DNA of 44,777 bases from positions 1 through 44,777 of IMG/VR virus record IMGVR_UViG_3300032247_000728, one strand, 5' to 3'. Positions 44,116 through 44,777 of the stretch are shown here, one piece after another; position 1 is the first letter of the stretch, and every line of letters starts with the position of its first letter. This DNA comes from a virus. Taxonomy: Duplodnaviria > Caudoviricetes. The translations under genes were made by a program, and so were the position numbers. A model generated the notes under the pieces. That model searched no databases, was not told the origin of the DNA, and was given only the letters and a program-made list of their open reading frames with translations.

Positions 44116-44777
44116 TCAATAAGAACCTCCGCCAATTGGTTTGTAAGAATTTTCGTCTTCATAAGATGGATTCATTACGGCAACATATCTCAATGCATCA
44201 ATCGGGTCTTTTGAGGCACCCTTGTCGCCATCTCCACCTGTCCACTCACGCATTGAGTAAATCAAGTTTTGACATTTCTCGGATATATACAATTTTGGTT
44301 TATTCACAATTGAGATTGGTTCAGACTGGTTGTAATATAGCCAGTCATTAATTATTGCAATTCCTTGGTCAATCTTAATGCCAGATGAAGGTGTAAAAGT
44401 CATTGGATTCTTCCCTGAGTCAAGCAGCTCAATTAAACTTGTTCCACCTTCGTTTGTAATAAGTTGTGAAGCACCAGCACGAGGGTCAATATAACGCTCG
44501 GTTACATCTTCACCAGCTTCAAGTTCCAGTATCAGTTCTTTGTATTCTTCAATGCCCCGCCCCGCACCAGACCTTTGAGCAGGTCCTTCACGACCGTCAA
44601 CTTTCGAATCAGGTAACGCCCACTCGCCGTAAGAGTCGTCTGGAAACTCCCGATAAACGACGATGTCGCCTTCTTTCGTGACTTTTGCCCACAGCAGGAA
44701 CCAGTTTCTGGCTCCAGCAGGGTCGCACGAAAAGAATATAGTACCTTCTTTCGGGATGTTTTCGTTTTTGATGATGT
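44116..44777 (-). CDS. terL: Terminase large subunit, C-terminal nuclease part (joins 1..1078)
   Basis: CDPAG, VYRE, YIDP, CQNLI and KDPIDALRY; the frame is open from the window end to the TGA at 44116. Confidence 0.92.
   Translation of the reverse strand, partial: IIKNENIPKEGTIFFSCDPAGARNWFLLWAKVTKEGDIVVYREFPDDSYGEWALPDSKVDGREGPAQRSGAGRGIEEYKELILELEAGEDVTERYIDPRAGASQLITNEGGTSLIELLDSGKNPMTFTPSSGIKIDQGIAIINDWLYYNQSEPISIVNKPKLYISEKCQNLIYSMREWTGGDGDKGASKDPIDALRYVAVMNPSYEDENSYKPIGGGSY
44655..44777. repeat. Terminal direct repeat, copy 2
   Basis: Identical to 1-123. Confidence 0.97.

Noticed and set aside
44116-44403. Separate 95-aa gene or truncated terminase pseudogene
   Set aside because: It is the in-frame C-terminus of the junction-spanning TerL
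20470-44681. Many short antisense or alternative-frame ORFs within structural genes
   Set aside because: Shadow ORFs without motifs, unlike 16462..16968, which has a recognisable signature
1-44777. Stop-codon reassignment
   Set aside because: Genes are long and densely packed under the standard code, and TAA, TGA and TAG all end genes

Overview
The window looks like a complete, circularly permuted dsDNA tailed-phage genome of 44,654 bp. Bases 1-123 are identical to 44655-44777, and the large terminase gene runs in frame across that junction. The virion module is podovirus-like and lies on the minus strand: TerL, portal, HNH, scaffold, DUF5309-type capsid, tail adaptor and nozzle, three fibres (one with leucine-rich repeats), three putative ejection proteins up to 2625 aa, then holin, lytic transglycosylase and a lipoprotein. 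A plus-strand module carries RusA, a RecE-like exonuclease, a replication initiator with internal iterons, a DnaC-like ATPase, an ERF annealase, tRNA-Arg(UCU), a metallophosphoesterase and a C5 DNA methyltransferase with an overprinted EcoHK31I-beta-like ORF. A CpG-rich accessory region (about 4.5-11 kb) holds an amidoligase and class II glutamine amidotransferase cassette flanked by repeats. I recognised no integrase, repressor, DNA polymerase, helicase or RNA polymerase. The most unusual observation is a second, inverted copy of the origin-like cassette (three palindromic iterons plus AT-rich tract), 8.4 kb from the rep gene and directly upstream of the late operon. All calls come from reading motifs by eye; no searches were run.
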